64,000 bases of DNA from Leucoraja ocellata (lineage: Eukaryota): positions 248,001-312,000 of the forward strand of contig JAWMAR010000541.1 in the NCBI GenBank assembly GCA_036785375.1, given 5' to 3'. The notes under the pieces were generated by a model, which searched no databases, was not told the DNA's origin, and saw only the letters and a list, made by a program, of their open reading frames with translations. This document shows, piece after piece, positions 22,431-34,484 of this stretch. The first letter of the stretch is position 1; each line of letters starts with the position of its first letter. The position numbers were made by a program, and so were the translations under genes.

Positions 22431-23845
22431 GAAAATAGGTGCAGGCCATTCGGCCCTTCGAGCCAGCACCGCCATTCAATGTGATCATGGCCGATCATCC
22501 CCAATCAGTACCCCGTTCCTGCCTTCTCCCCATATCCCCTGACTCCGCTATTTTTAAGAGCCCCATATAGCTCTCTCTTGAAAGCATCCAGAGAACCTGC
22601 CTCCACCGTCCTTTGAGGCAGGGAATTCCACAGACTCACAACTTTCTGAGGGAAAGTGTTTCCTCGTCTCCGTTCTAAATGGCTTCCTCCTTATTCTTAA
22701 ACTGTGGTCCTTGGTTCTGGACTCCCCCAACATCAGCAACATGTTTCCTGCCTCTGGTGTGTCCAAACCCTTAACAATCTTATATGTTTCAATGAGATCC
22801 GCCCTCATACTTTTAAACTCCAGAGTGTACAAGCCCAGCCGCTCCATTCTCTCAGCATATGCCAGTCCTACCATCCCAGGAATTAACCTTGTAAACCTAC
22901 GCTGCACTCCTTCAATAGCAAGAATGTCCTTCCTCAAATTAGGGGACCAAAACTGCACACAATACTCCAGGTGTGGTCTCACTAGGACTCTGTACAAAAG
23001 CAGAAGGACCTATTTGCTTCTATACTCTATTCCTCTTGTTATAAAGGCCAACATGCCATTCGCTTTCTTCACTGCCTGCTGTACCTGCATGCTTACTTTC
23101 ATAGACTGATGCACAAGGACCCCCAGATCCCATTGTACTTCCCCTTTTCCCAACTTGACGCCATTTAGATAGTAATCTGCCTTCTTGTTTTTTATACCAA
23201 AGTGGATAACCTCACATTTATCCACATTAGACTTCATCTGCCATGCATCTGCCCACTCCCTCAACCTGTCCAAGTCACCCTGCATTCTCATAGCATCCTC
23301 CTCACAGTTCACACTGCCACCCAGCTTTGTGTCATCTGCAAATTTGCTGATGTTACTTTGAATGCCTTCATCCAAATCATTGATGTAGATTGTAAACAGC
23401 TGCAGTCCCAGCACCGAGCCTTGCGGTACCCCACTAGTCACTGCCTGCCATTCTGAAAGGGACCCGTTAATCCCTACTCTTTGTTTCCTGTCTGCCAACC
23501 AATTTTCTATCCATGTCAGCACTCTACCCCCAATACCATGTGCCCTATTTTTGTCCACTAATCTCCTATGTGGGACCTTTATCAAATGCTTTCTGAAAGT
23601 CCAGGTACACTACACCCACTGGCTCTCCCTTGTCCATTTTCCTGGTTACAGCTTCAAAAAAATTCCAGAAGATTAGTCAAGCATGATTTCTCCTTCGTAA
23701 ATCCATGTTGACTCGGACCGATCCTGTTACTGCTATCCAAATGTTCGTCTATCTCATCTTTTATAATTGACTCCAGCATCTTCCCCACCACCGATGTCAG
23801 GCTAACTGGTCTATAATTCCCTGTTTTCTCTCTCCCGCCTTTCTT
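22430..23845 (-). mobile_element. CR1 LINE RT and 3' end
   Basis: NYRPVSLTS, QHGF, GVPQGSVLG and LVRPHLEYC motifs. Confidence 0.92.
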
Positions 23846-24965
23846 CAACATCACAATGCTCCCCAAAATCATTTGGTGAAAAGAGTCTCTTTATCCGACA
23901 TGTTCTCAGGCCCCAACGAGCACCTGACTGATTTACCCAACATGTTCTCCCTTTGGAACGATTCATATATAATCATTCAGGGCCTTGGTGAGACTAAGCC
24001 TGGAGTATTGTGGACAGATTTGGTCTCCATCTGTAAGATGTACTAACCACAAGGAATGTGAAGGTGGACGTAAATGCAGTCTGCAGAAGAGGTCTCGACC
24101 CGAAACATCACCTATTCCTTCGCTCTATAGATGCTGCCTCACGCGCTGAGTTTCTCCAGCATTTTGGTCTACCTTCCATTTTTCCAGCATCTGCAGTTCT
24201 TTCTTAAACAAGGAATGTGAAGATTCACGATCCATGGATGATGGGTTGGTGTGAAAAGTGACTTAGTAAACTGGGACTGTATTCTCCAGTGGTTAGAAGG
24301 ATGATGGGTGGATTCATTAAACATGTTTTGAATTCTTCCACACAATGAGATATTTTTCTCCTGTTGAGGAATCTAGGACCCAGGAGGAACCTTCTCAGTC
24401 AAAGAGTTTGGCCATTAAAAAGAGTGAAGGAAGTATTTCTTCACCAAAAAGGTAATGAATCTTTGTAAATCTCTACATTGGAAGATTATGAACATCATGG
24501 AAATGAGGCAATTCAGTCATGAGAATCGTGATGTCCTGAAATGTATCCACATTACAAAGGAGTCTTGAGGCACGTACATCCCTGGGGCCTGACAAGTGTA
24601 TCTCAGACATTGTGGGGAGGTATGGAAGAAAAAGAACTGCAGATGCTGGTTAATACACAAAAGGACACAAAGTGCTAGAGTAACTCAATGGGTTACGTAG
24701 AATTCCTGGAGAACATGGACAGTTTGGGGTTGAGACCCTTCCTCTCCCCCCCTCCCCCTTCCCTGTCAGTCTGTAGAAGGGTTCCGACTCAAAATGTCAT
24801 CTATCTCCAGCGATGTTGTCTAACCTGTTGTGTTTCTCCAGCACTCTGTGTCCTTTAGGAATATTTACATCATCTTTTGTCAGATGTGAGGTACCAGAAC
24901 ACTGGATGGCAGTGAATATAGTATCGTTATTTAAGTAAGACACGCCAGGGAACTATTGACAGGTG

Positions 24966-25279
24966 AAGGGCCTGTCCCACTGTACGAGGTAATTCAATAG
25001 TTCTCCCGAGTTTCCCCTGATTTGAACTCGGAGAATTACGGTAATAGCCGCTCGTAGGTACTCAGGGCTCTCGTGGACATTTTTCAACATGTTGAAAAAT
25101 CTTCGAGTCTTCATGAGCTAACCACGTTTCCCGAGTACCTGCCGTTAGCGTTACGAGCCGCTAAGATACGACCCAAGCTCCAACGTACCCGCTATGTACA
25201 TTCTACGTACTTACGAGTTTGATTGTTTTTTAAACTTGGGAGAGCTCTTGAATTACCTCGTACAGTAGGACAGGCCCTT
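24966..25279. mobile_element. MITE with about 45-bp TIRs (AAGGGCCTGTCCCACTGTACGAGGTAATTCAA...)
   Basis: Inverted termini are visible; the CCTGTCCCAC core is shared with the 10812-11372 element. Confidence 0.8.
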
Positions 25280-26139
25280 GGGTCTAACATTGCTGTTGGC
25301 AGAGTTATTGGAGGGGATTCTGAGAGGTTCCAAGGAGGAACTATTTTCACACAGAGGATGGTGTATATGGAACAAGCTGCCAGAACAGGTTGTTGAGGCA
25401 GGTATAGTAACAATATTTAAAGGACATTTGGACAGGTACATGGATAGAATGGTACATGTATATGGGCCAAACGTAGGTAAATAGACTAGTGCAGGAAGAC
25501 ACCTTGGTTGACATGGATGAGTTAGGCCAAAGGGCCTGTTTATGTGCTGTACATAATTACAACTATGATTAACCAACAATAAACAGACAGAGATGGCGGC
25601 TGGTGGGTTAATTTGTGGGTTTATTGATACAGCATCCAATCACGGAGTATGTAGCCGTGGTCTGTGTAACAAGTACAGATCTCCCGGTGGAGACGCAGCG
25701 TCTGGAGGCTGAGACACCGGGGACGTCAGCAAGGAAATGTCTGGAGAAAGAAAAGGAGGTTAGTGAGGTTCAACCGGGGAGGAGGGGCATCTGCATTGGG
25801 CAACTGAACAACTGGAGGTAACTCACTGGGCAACAGGGGGCTCCACACCACTCTTGAAGATTCCTCCCCTGGTTTCCCAGTCCCTGTGATCCCTCCAGTC
25901 CCCAGGGTGTCTGCAACCCACAACTCTATCCACCTTCACAACCCCAGTGAGGACCCACCAGGCACCAGTCAGTCATCATTCAGCCATGTCAAGGTACCAG
26001 TCCTTCTAGAGCAGGTGGGGATCTTGGATCTGAGTAGTGTGAAGATGTCTGCAAAAACTCCAGCCAGTTGTTCTGCACAGTTTTTAAGATACACCATTGG
26101 GGACAGATGCTTTCTAAGGGTTCACCTTCCGGAAAGATC

Positions 26140-26655
26140 CTTTGATGTCGGCATCTTCCCCACCACCGATGTCAGGCTAACTGATCTATAATTCCCTGTT
26201 TTCTCTCTCCCGCCTTACATTGGTTACCCTCCAATACACAGGAACTGATCCTGAGTCTATAGAATATTGGAAAATGATCACCAATGTGTCCATGATTTCC
26301 AGAGCCACTTCCGTAAGTACCCTGGGATGCAGACCACCAGGCCCTGGGGATTTATCAGCCTTCAGTCCCATCAGTCTACCCAACACCATTTCCTGCCTAA
26401 TGTGGATTTCCTTCAGTTCCTCCGTCACCTCAGATCCTCTGGCCACTAGTACACCAAGAAGATTGTTTGTGTCCTCCCTAGTGAAGACAGATCCAAAGTA
26501 CCTGTTCAACTCATCTGCCATTTCCTTGTTCCACATCATAAATTCACCTTTTTCAGTCTTGCAGGATACAACTTTGGTCTTAACTAATTTTTTCCTCTTC
26601 ACATACCTAAAGAAGCTTTTAATATCCTCCTTTATATTCTTGACTAGCTTACCTG
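26140..26655 (-). mobile_element. CR1 ORF2 fragment
   Basis: LNRYFGSVFT and KSPGPGGLHPRVL motifs. Confidence 0.85.
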
Positions 26656-26849
26656 GGGTAGACTGACTCCTCCCCCCCTCCCCAATCTTTGCACATCCCT
26701 AATCTTTTCCACTCATCACTTTAATTGCATGTCTTGTGTTTTGTGACTGTTGCAGATCAATTTCCCTCCTGGGATAAATGAAGTTCTACCCTAGAATACT
26801 GCAATAATCCCTCGACACATTGCCACTGTATCAGTAATAATCTCTGGAT

Positions 26850-29305
26850 TTCTATCTGAGCCATGAGCAAATTGGCGTAGGGTCGAGAAGATTAAAGAGT
26901 TGAACACATGGCTCAAAGATTGCATTGGAAGAAGTGGGTTTGAATTCATGGGACATTGGCATCGGTATTGGGGAAGGAGGCAGCTGTTCTGATGGGACAG
27001 AGTTCACCTGAACCCTGCTGTGACCAGGGTCCTGACGAACCACATATCCTGGGCCGATTATAGGGCTTTAAACTAAATAGTGGGGGGGTGGGTGCACCAA
27101 TTTGGAAATGTATGGATGAAGTTAAAGGAGAAGGAGAATGCAGGTTACTGAAGTCTCCAGAAGTAATAGGACAGAAAGTTTAAGAAGGGATAAGAATCTG
27201 TCAGGCAAAATGCATTTCGTTGTCTCTGTACTGTACACTGACAATGACAATTAAAATTGAATCTGAATCTGAATCTGAAAATGGGGACCAATTTGAGAAG
27301 TGGGGTGGTGAATACTGAAATATATTTGAATGCACACAGTCTACTGAAGGTGGATGAGCTTATAGCACAGTTAGAAATTGGTAGATATGACATAGTGAGC
27401 ATCACAGAGACGTGATTGAAAGAGGATCATTGCTGAGAGCTGAATATCCAAGTTTACACGTCCTATCAAAAAGACCGACAGGTGGGCAGAGTGGGCGAGG
27501 TAGCTTTGCTGGTAAGGAATGAAATTCAACCTATAGCAAGGGGTGACAGGATAATAAGATGTAGAATCTCTGTGGGTCGAGCTAAGAAACTGCAAGTTCT
27601 TCTTATCAAGTCCACACACAAGATTAGTTCAGCCAGAGCTGAACACACTTCTCGGCATTTGCATACAATGGTGTCTGTCTTGCACTTCTTGTGCTTGGTG
27701 GTGGAAAGATTGGTGGAAACAGGGCCGCAACGTGAACGCTCTTGACCCCAACTGCACGGTTAAAAAGACACTGAAGGGAGTTATATACAGAGTCCAAAAG
27801 GAGCCAGCATATAGGGAACAAATCATATAAGTAGAAACAATCGGCATGTAAGAAAGACAATGGTGGTCATGGTGGATTTCTACATTCAGGTAGACTAGGG
27901 AAATCAGGTTGGTACTGGCTCCCAAGCGAAGTAACTTAAAGTGCCTATGAGATGGCTTCTTAGAGCAGCTTGCAGTCGAGCCCACTAGGGAAAAGCCATT
28001 CTGGATCTAGTATTGTGTAACAAACCGGATTTGATTAGGGAGCTTGAGGTAAAGGAACCCCTTTGAGGTAGTGACCATAATATAACATTCAGCCAGCAGT
28101 TTGAGAGGGAGATGAAATCAGATGTGTCGGTATTATTGTTGAATTTAGGTAACTACAGAGGGATGAGGGAGGAGCTGACTAAAGTTGATTGGAAAGGGAC
28201 CTCAGCAGTAATGATGGTGGAGCAACAATGGCAGAAGTTTCATGGAGGAACACGGAAAACACAGGATCTTTTCATCCCAAAGAGGAAGAAAGAGTCAAGG
28301 GGAGAATGAGGTGAGTGTGACAGACAAAGGAAGTCAAAGACAGCATAAGGTAAAAGAGCAGGTGTATAATATTGCAAAGATCACTTGGAAGCTGGAGGAT
28401 TGGGAAGCTTTTAAAACACAGCAGAAGGTAAATAAAAAAGCAATGCAGGGAGAAAAGATGAAATATAAAGATTAACTAGCCAACAATATTAAAGAGGATT
28501 GCAACTGTTTCTTCAGATATGTAAAGAGTAAAAGAGAGGCAAGAGTGGGCATTGGACCGCTGGATAATAAAGCTGGAGAGGTGATAATGGGGAATAAAGA
28601 AATGGCAGACAAATTGAATACGTTTTTTGCATCAGTCTTCACAGGTAGAAGACACCAGCAACGTGCCAGAATTTCAAGAGTCTGGGGCCAGAAGTGAGTG
28701 CAGTTCCTATTACTAAGGAGAAGGTACCTGGGAAGCTGAAAGGTCTGAAGGTGGATAAGTCTCCTGGACCAGATGGATTACACCCCAGGGTTCTGAAATA
28801 AGCTGTTTTAGAGATGGTGGTATTAGTAGTGATTTTTCAAGAATCACTAAAGTCAGGAGTGGTTCAAGAGGACTGGGAAATTACAAATTTCAATAAGAGA
28901 GCGAGGCAAAAGAGGGGAAACTTTAGGCCAGTTAGCCTGACTTAAGTAGTTGGTATGATTTTAGAGTCCATTATTAAGGATGTTTCTGAGTACTTAGAAG
29001 CCCATGATAAAATAGGCCAAAGTCAGCATGGTTTTGTGAAGGGGAGATCTTGCCTGACAAATCTGTTGGAATTCTTTGAGGATGTAAATAGCGGGATAGA
29101 CAAAGGAGAGTCAGTAGATGTTGTTTACTTGGATTTTACAAAAGGCAAGTGAGCCTGCTAAACATGACAAGACCCCATGTTGTCAGAAGGTTGGCTGGAT
29201 GGCAGAAGACAGGGTGGCGGTAAAGGTGGCTTTTTCTGGTTGGCTGCCAGTGAATAGTGGTGTTCTGCAGAGGATGCAGCTGGGGTCGTTACTCTTCACG
29301 TTGAA
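26850..29305 (+). mobile_element. Old degenerate CR1 (ORF1 end, EN and RT; resumes at about 31345-31580)
   Basis: Decayed EN and RT motifs (SDHN, KSPGPDGLHP, SQHGFVKGRSCLTNL). Confidence 0.8.
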
Positions 29306-29319
29306 TGGTAACTTCACGT

Positions 29320-31342
29320 TGACTACTGCCCTGTTGCCCTGACCCCAATAATAATGACGTGCTTTGAACGCCTGGTGAAACTTCACATTTCTGCCAGCCT
29401 CCCCTCATCGTTAGACCCCCTCCAGTTTGCCTATTGCCCCAACCGTTCTACAGAAGATGCCATCTCTACCACGCTGCACACAGTACTCACTCATCTGGAA
29501 AACAAAAACACCTACGCCAGAATCCTGGACATTGACCAGCTCAGCTTTTAATACCATCATCCCATAGAGACTTGTGGAGAAACTAACCCTGCTGGGCCTC
29601 AACACCACCCTGTTTCACTGGATCTTGGACTTATAACCATATAACAATTACAGCACGGAAACAGGCTATCTCGGCCCTTCTAATCCGTGCCGAACAATTA
29701 TTTTCCCCTAGTCCCATCTACCTGCACTCAGACCATAACCCTCCATTCCTTTCCCATCCATATAACTATCCAATTTATTTTTAAATGATAAAATCGAACC
29801 TGCCTCAATCACTTCCACTGGAAGCTCATTCCACACCGCTACCACTCTCTGAGTAAAGAAGTTCCCCCTCATGTTACCCCTAAACTTCTGTCCCGTAATT
29901 CTGAAGTCATGTCCTCTTGTTTGAATCTTCCCTACTCTCAATGGGAAAAGCTTGTCCACGTCAACTCTGTCTATCCCTCTCATCATTTTAAAGACCTCGA
30001 TCAAGTCCCCCCTTAACCTTCTGCGCTCCAGAGAATAAAGACCTAACTTGTTCAACCTATCTCTGTAACTTAGTTGCTGAAACCCAGGCAACATTCTAGT
30101 AAATCTCCTCTGTACTCTCTCTATTTTGTTGACATCCTTCCTATAATTGGGCGACCAAAATTGTACACCATACTCCAGAATTGGTGATTTTCTGACAGAG
30201 AGACCGCAGTCAGTCCGTGTTGGCAAGAACACTTCAGGCTCGATCACGCTGAGTACCGGCTCCCCTCAAGGCTGTGTGTTCAGCCTGCTGTTGTTCACAC
30301 TGCTCACACATGACAGTGCTGCCAGATTCAGGGACAATAAGATCATAAAATTTGCGGATGACACAACAGTGGTGGGACTCATCAGTGGAGAGGATGAAAC
30401 AATGTACAGGGAGGAAGTAAAACAACTAGTGGACTGGTGCAGCAACAACAATCTAGCATTAAATGCCGACAAAACAAAGGAGATGGTTGTCGACTTCACG
30501 AGAGCGCAGCCAAAACACACACCCCTCAACATCAGTGGCACCACAGTGGAGAGAGTGGAGAGCATAAAGTTCCTCGGAGTGCAAATTGCAGACAGTCTCA
30601 CCTGGTCCTAGAACAACACTGAGATTGTCAAACATCAGCGACTGCACTTCCTGAGGAAACTAAAACAGGCCTCACTCCCCACCAACATCCGCACGACTTT
30701 CTACAGGGGTACGGTGGAGTCTGTACGCACGTACTGCATGAACACGTGGTACTCCACCTGCAACTGCTCGGACAGGAAGGCTCTGCAGAGGGTAGTGAGG
30801 GGAGCAGAGAGGATCATTGGCGTCTCCCTACCCTCGGTACAAGAACTGTTCCAGAGCCGCTGTCTGAAAAAAGCTCTGAGAATAACTAAGGACAAACTGC
30901 ACCCCCTCCACACACACCTGGATCTCCTGCCATCAGGCAAGAGATACCGAAGCATCAAAGCCCGGACTACAAGACTGCTAAACAGCTTCCTGCCACAGGC
31001 TGTGAGGCTGCTAAACAGTCACTCTGTACTCACAGTCACCTGATTCTGCGGCTTTGCACTGACATTTTAATAACTCTGGCACTGGCCACTCAAATCAGCC
31101 GCCCCGGACATTTTAATGACTGTTTTTACTGTATTTTAATGTTGCAGTTTTACCTGCTTTTAATTATTTATACAGTTTCATCAGGGACTGGATTGTTTTT
31201 TATTGTTATAATAAGTGTGAAATGTTTAAGTTTCATGCGCGATGCTCCGGTATTCCCTGGGAAACGTCTTCTCATTTTGCACTGTACAACTGTTGCTTTG
31301 CAAGATGACATAAAGGTTGATTGATTGATTGATTGATTGATT
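29320..31342 (+). mobile_element. Rex1/Babar LINE with a (GATT)n tail, split by a CR1 at about 29632-30182
   Basis: [39 protein letters not shown] and LLPSGKRYRS motifs. Confidence 0.88.
29632..30182 (-). mobile_element. 5'-truncated CR1 nested in Rex1
   Basis: [16 protein letters not shown]...GRWD; same subfamily as 51581-52162 and 61501-62204. Confidence 0.9.
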
Positions 31343-31589
31343 GGTTAATGATTTAGATGATGAAATTGATGGCTTTGTGGCTAGGTTTTCTGATGAGATG
31401 AAGATAAGGGGAGAGGCAGATAATGTAGAGAAAGCAGGGAGACTGCAGAGGACTTGGACGTATTAGGAGGGTGGACAAAGAAGCGGCTGATGGAATACAG
31501 TGTAACTAAGTCTGTGGTCATGAACTCTGGTGTAGGAGTAAAGGCATTGACTATTTTCTAAATGAGGCGAGGATTCAGAAATTGGAGGA

Positions 31590-33077
31590 GCAAAGGAACT
31601 TGAAGTTGAATAAAGGGGACTATGAAGGCATGAGAGGGGAGCTGGCCAAGGTAGACTGGAAAGGGATCCTAGCAGGAATGACGGTGGAACAGCAATGGCA
31701 GGAATTTCTGGGCATAATCCGGAAGACGCAGGATCATTTCATTCCAAAAAGGAAGAAAGATTCTAAGGGGAGTAGGAGGCAACTGTGGCTGACAAGAGAA
31801 GTTAGGGATTGAATACAACTAAAAGAAAAGATGTATAACACAGCAAAGAGTAGCCGGAAGCCAGAGGATTGGGAAACTTTCATAGAACAACAGAAAGAAA
31901 CAAAACGGGCAATACAGGCTGAAAAGATGAAGTACGAAGGGAAGCTGGCCAGGAATATAAACAAGGACTGTAAAAGCTTCTTTAGATATGTTAAGGGAAA
32001 AAGAATAGCAAAGTCAAATGTTGGTCCCTTGAAGGCAGACACGGGTGAAATTATTATGGGCAACAAGGAAATGGCAGAAGAGTTGAACAGGTACTTCCGA
32101 TCTGTCTTCTGTGAACAGGTACTTCGGAGGGAATTAGGAGCAACACTAGCAAGTTTGAGGATGACACAAAGCTGGGTGGCAGTGTGAGCTGTGAAGAGGA
32201 TGTTAGGAGGTTGCAGGGTGACCTGGACAGGTTGAGTGAGTGGGCAGATGCATGGCAGATGCAGTATAATATAGATAAATGTGAGGTTGTCCACTTTGGC
32301 GGCAAAAACAAGGGGGCAGATTATTATCTCAATGGGGTTAGGTTAGGTAAGGGGGAGGAACAGAGAGACCAGGGTGTCCTTGTACACAGATCACTGAAAG
32401 TTGGCGTGCAGGTACAGCAGGCAGTGAAGAAAGCTAATGGAATGTTGGCCTTCATAACAAGAGGATTTCAGTATAGGAGTAAAGAGGTTCTTCTGCAGTT
32501 GTATAGGGCTCTGGTGAGACCACATCTGGAGTATTATGTACAGTTTTAATCCTAATTTGAGGAAGGACATCCTTGTGATTGAGGCAGTGCAGCGTCGGTT
32601 CACGAGATTGATCCCTGGGATGGCGGGACTGTCATATGAGGAAAGATTGAAAAGACTAGGCTTGTATTCACTGGTTTTTAGAAGAATGAGGGGGAATCTT
32701 ATAGAAACATATACAATTATAAAAGGACTGGACAAGCTAGATGCAGGAAAAATGTTCCCAATGTTGGGCGAGTCCAGAACGAGGGGCCACAGTCTTAGAA
32801 TAAAGGGGAGGCAATTTAAGACTGAGGTGAGAAAAAACTTTTTCACCCAGAGAGTTGTGAATTTATGGAATTCTCTGCCACAGAGGGCAGTGGAGGCCAA
32901 GTCACTGGATGGATTTAAGAGAGAGTTAGATAGAGCTCTAGGGGCTAGTGGAGTCAAGGGATATGGGGAGAAGGCAGGCACGGGTTATTGATAGGGGACA
33001 ATCAGCCATGATCACAATGAATGGCGGTGCTGGGTCGAAGGGCTGAATGGCCTCCTCCTGCACCTTTTTTCTATGTA
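31590..33077 (+). mobile_element. CR1 with an internal deletion near 32110-32130
   Basis: The pre-RT segment is joined directly to the late RT/C-terminal segment and tail. Confidence 0.88.
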
Positions 33078-33439
33078 ACTTGGGAGTGGTAGTGCTGGAT
33101 TCCTGAAACGTTAATTTGCAGGTTTTATTGGTAGAAAGAAAGTCAAATGCATTATTTTCCAAAAAGATTAGAATATAAAAATAGGGACGGAATGCTGAGG
33201 CTTTATAAGGCACTGATGAAGACACATTTGGAATATTGTGGGCAATTTTGGGCCCCATATCCAAGGAAGGATATGCTGGTGTTGGAAAGGGAATTATGCC
33301 AGGGATGATTGAGTTAATGTGTGAGGAGCGTTTGATGGCTCTGGGCCTGTTCTCCCTGGAGTTCAGAAGGATGAGGGGACGTCTGATTGAAACCTACCAG
33401 ATAATGTTCTTAGCAGGGGATGGGGATATGATGTGAGAG

Positions 33440-34180
33440 GAGTAGAATTAGGCCATTCGGCCCATCGAGTCTACTTCACCATTCAATCATGCCTGATCTA
33501 TCTTTCCCTCTCCCTCCTAACCCCATTCTCCTGCCTTCTCCCTGTATCCTTCGACACCCTTACTAATCAAGAAAACTGTCAATCTCTGCTTTAAACATAC
33601 CCAATGACTTGGCCTCCATAGTCATCTGTGGCAATTAATTCCTCAGATTCACCACCCTCTGACCAAAACAAATCTTCCTCATTTCCTTTCTAAAGGTACA
33701 TCCTTTTATTCTGAGGCTGTGGCCTCTGGTCCTGGACTCTCTAACCATTGGAAACATCCTCTCCACTTCCACTCTATCCAGGGCTTTCACCATTCGGTAG
33801 GTTACAAAAAGGTCCTCCCTCATCCGTCTGATACTCCGGTGAGTACAGGCCCAGAGCCATCAAACACTGATCATACATTAACACAATCATTCTGCAATTC
33901 TCATAAACCTCCTCTGGATCCTCTCCAACGGCAGCATATATCTGAGGAAGGATGGGGCCCAAAGCTGCTCACAATATTCCAAATGTGGGATTACCAGTGC
34001 CCTACATACTTGTTTTTATATTCCAGTCCCTTCAAAATGAATGTCAGCAATCCATTTGCCTCCCATATCACCAACTGCACCAGCAAATTAACATTTTGGG
34101 AATCCTGCACCAGCAGCCCAAAGTCCCTCTGCATCTCTGATTTCTGAATCCTCTCCCCATTTAGAAATTAATCTATGTCT
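33440..34180 (-). mobile_element. Degenerate CR1 3' fragment
   Basis: LDRVEVERMFP..ESRTRGHSLRIKG motif and CR1 tail. Confidence 0.8.
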
Positions 34181-34184
34181 TTAT

Positions 34185-34484
34185 TCTTTACTTTAGACTT
34201 CAGATTTTAGAGGTATAGCATGGAAACAGGTCCTTCAGCCACCGTGTTGCAACAACCAGCGAACGGGATTGTGCCACTGCACACTAGGGACAATTTACAA
34301 TTTTTACTGAGGCCAATTAACCTACAAACTTGTGCATCTTTGGAGTGTGGGGGGGAAACCAGAGGAAACCCTTACGGTCACAGGGAGAACGTACAAACTC
34401 CATACAGACAGCAACCATGGTCAGGATTGAACCCGGGTGTCTGGCGCTGTGTGGCAGCAACTCTACCACTGCGCCACTGTGCCA
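34185..34484 (-). mobile_element. tRNA-derived V-SINE/HE1-like SINE (other copies at about 37760-38046 -, 41735-41955 +, 53305-53545 +)
   Basis: A-box GGCACAGTGGCGCAGTGG, B-box GGTTCAATCC and the central TGTATGGAGTTTGTACGTTCTCCCTGTG domain. Confidence 0.75.
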
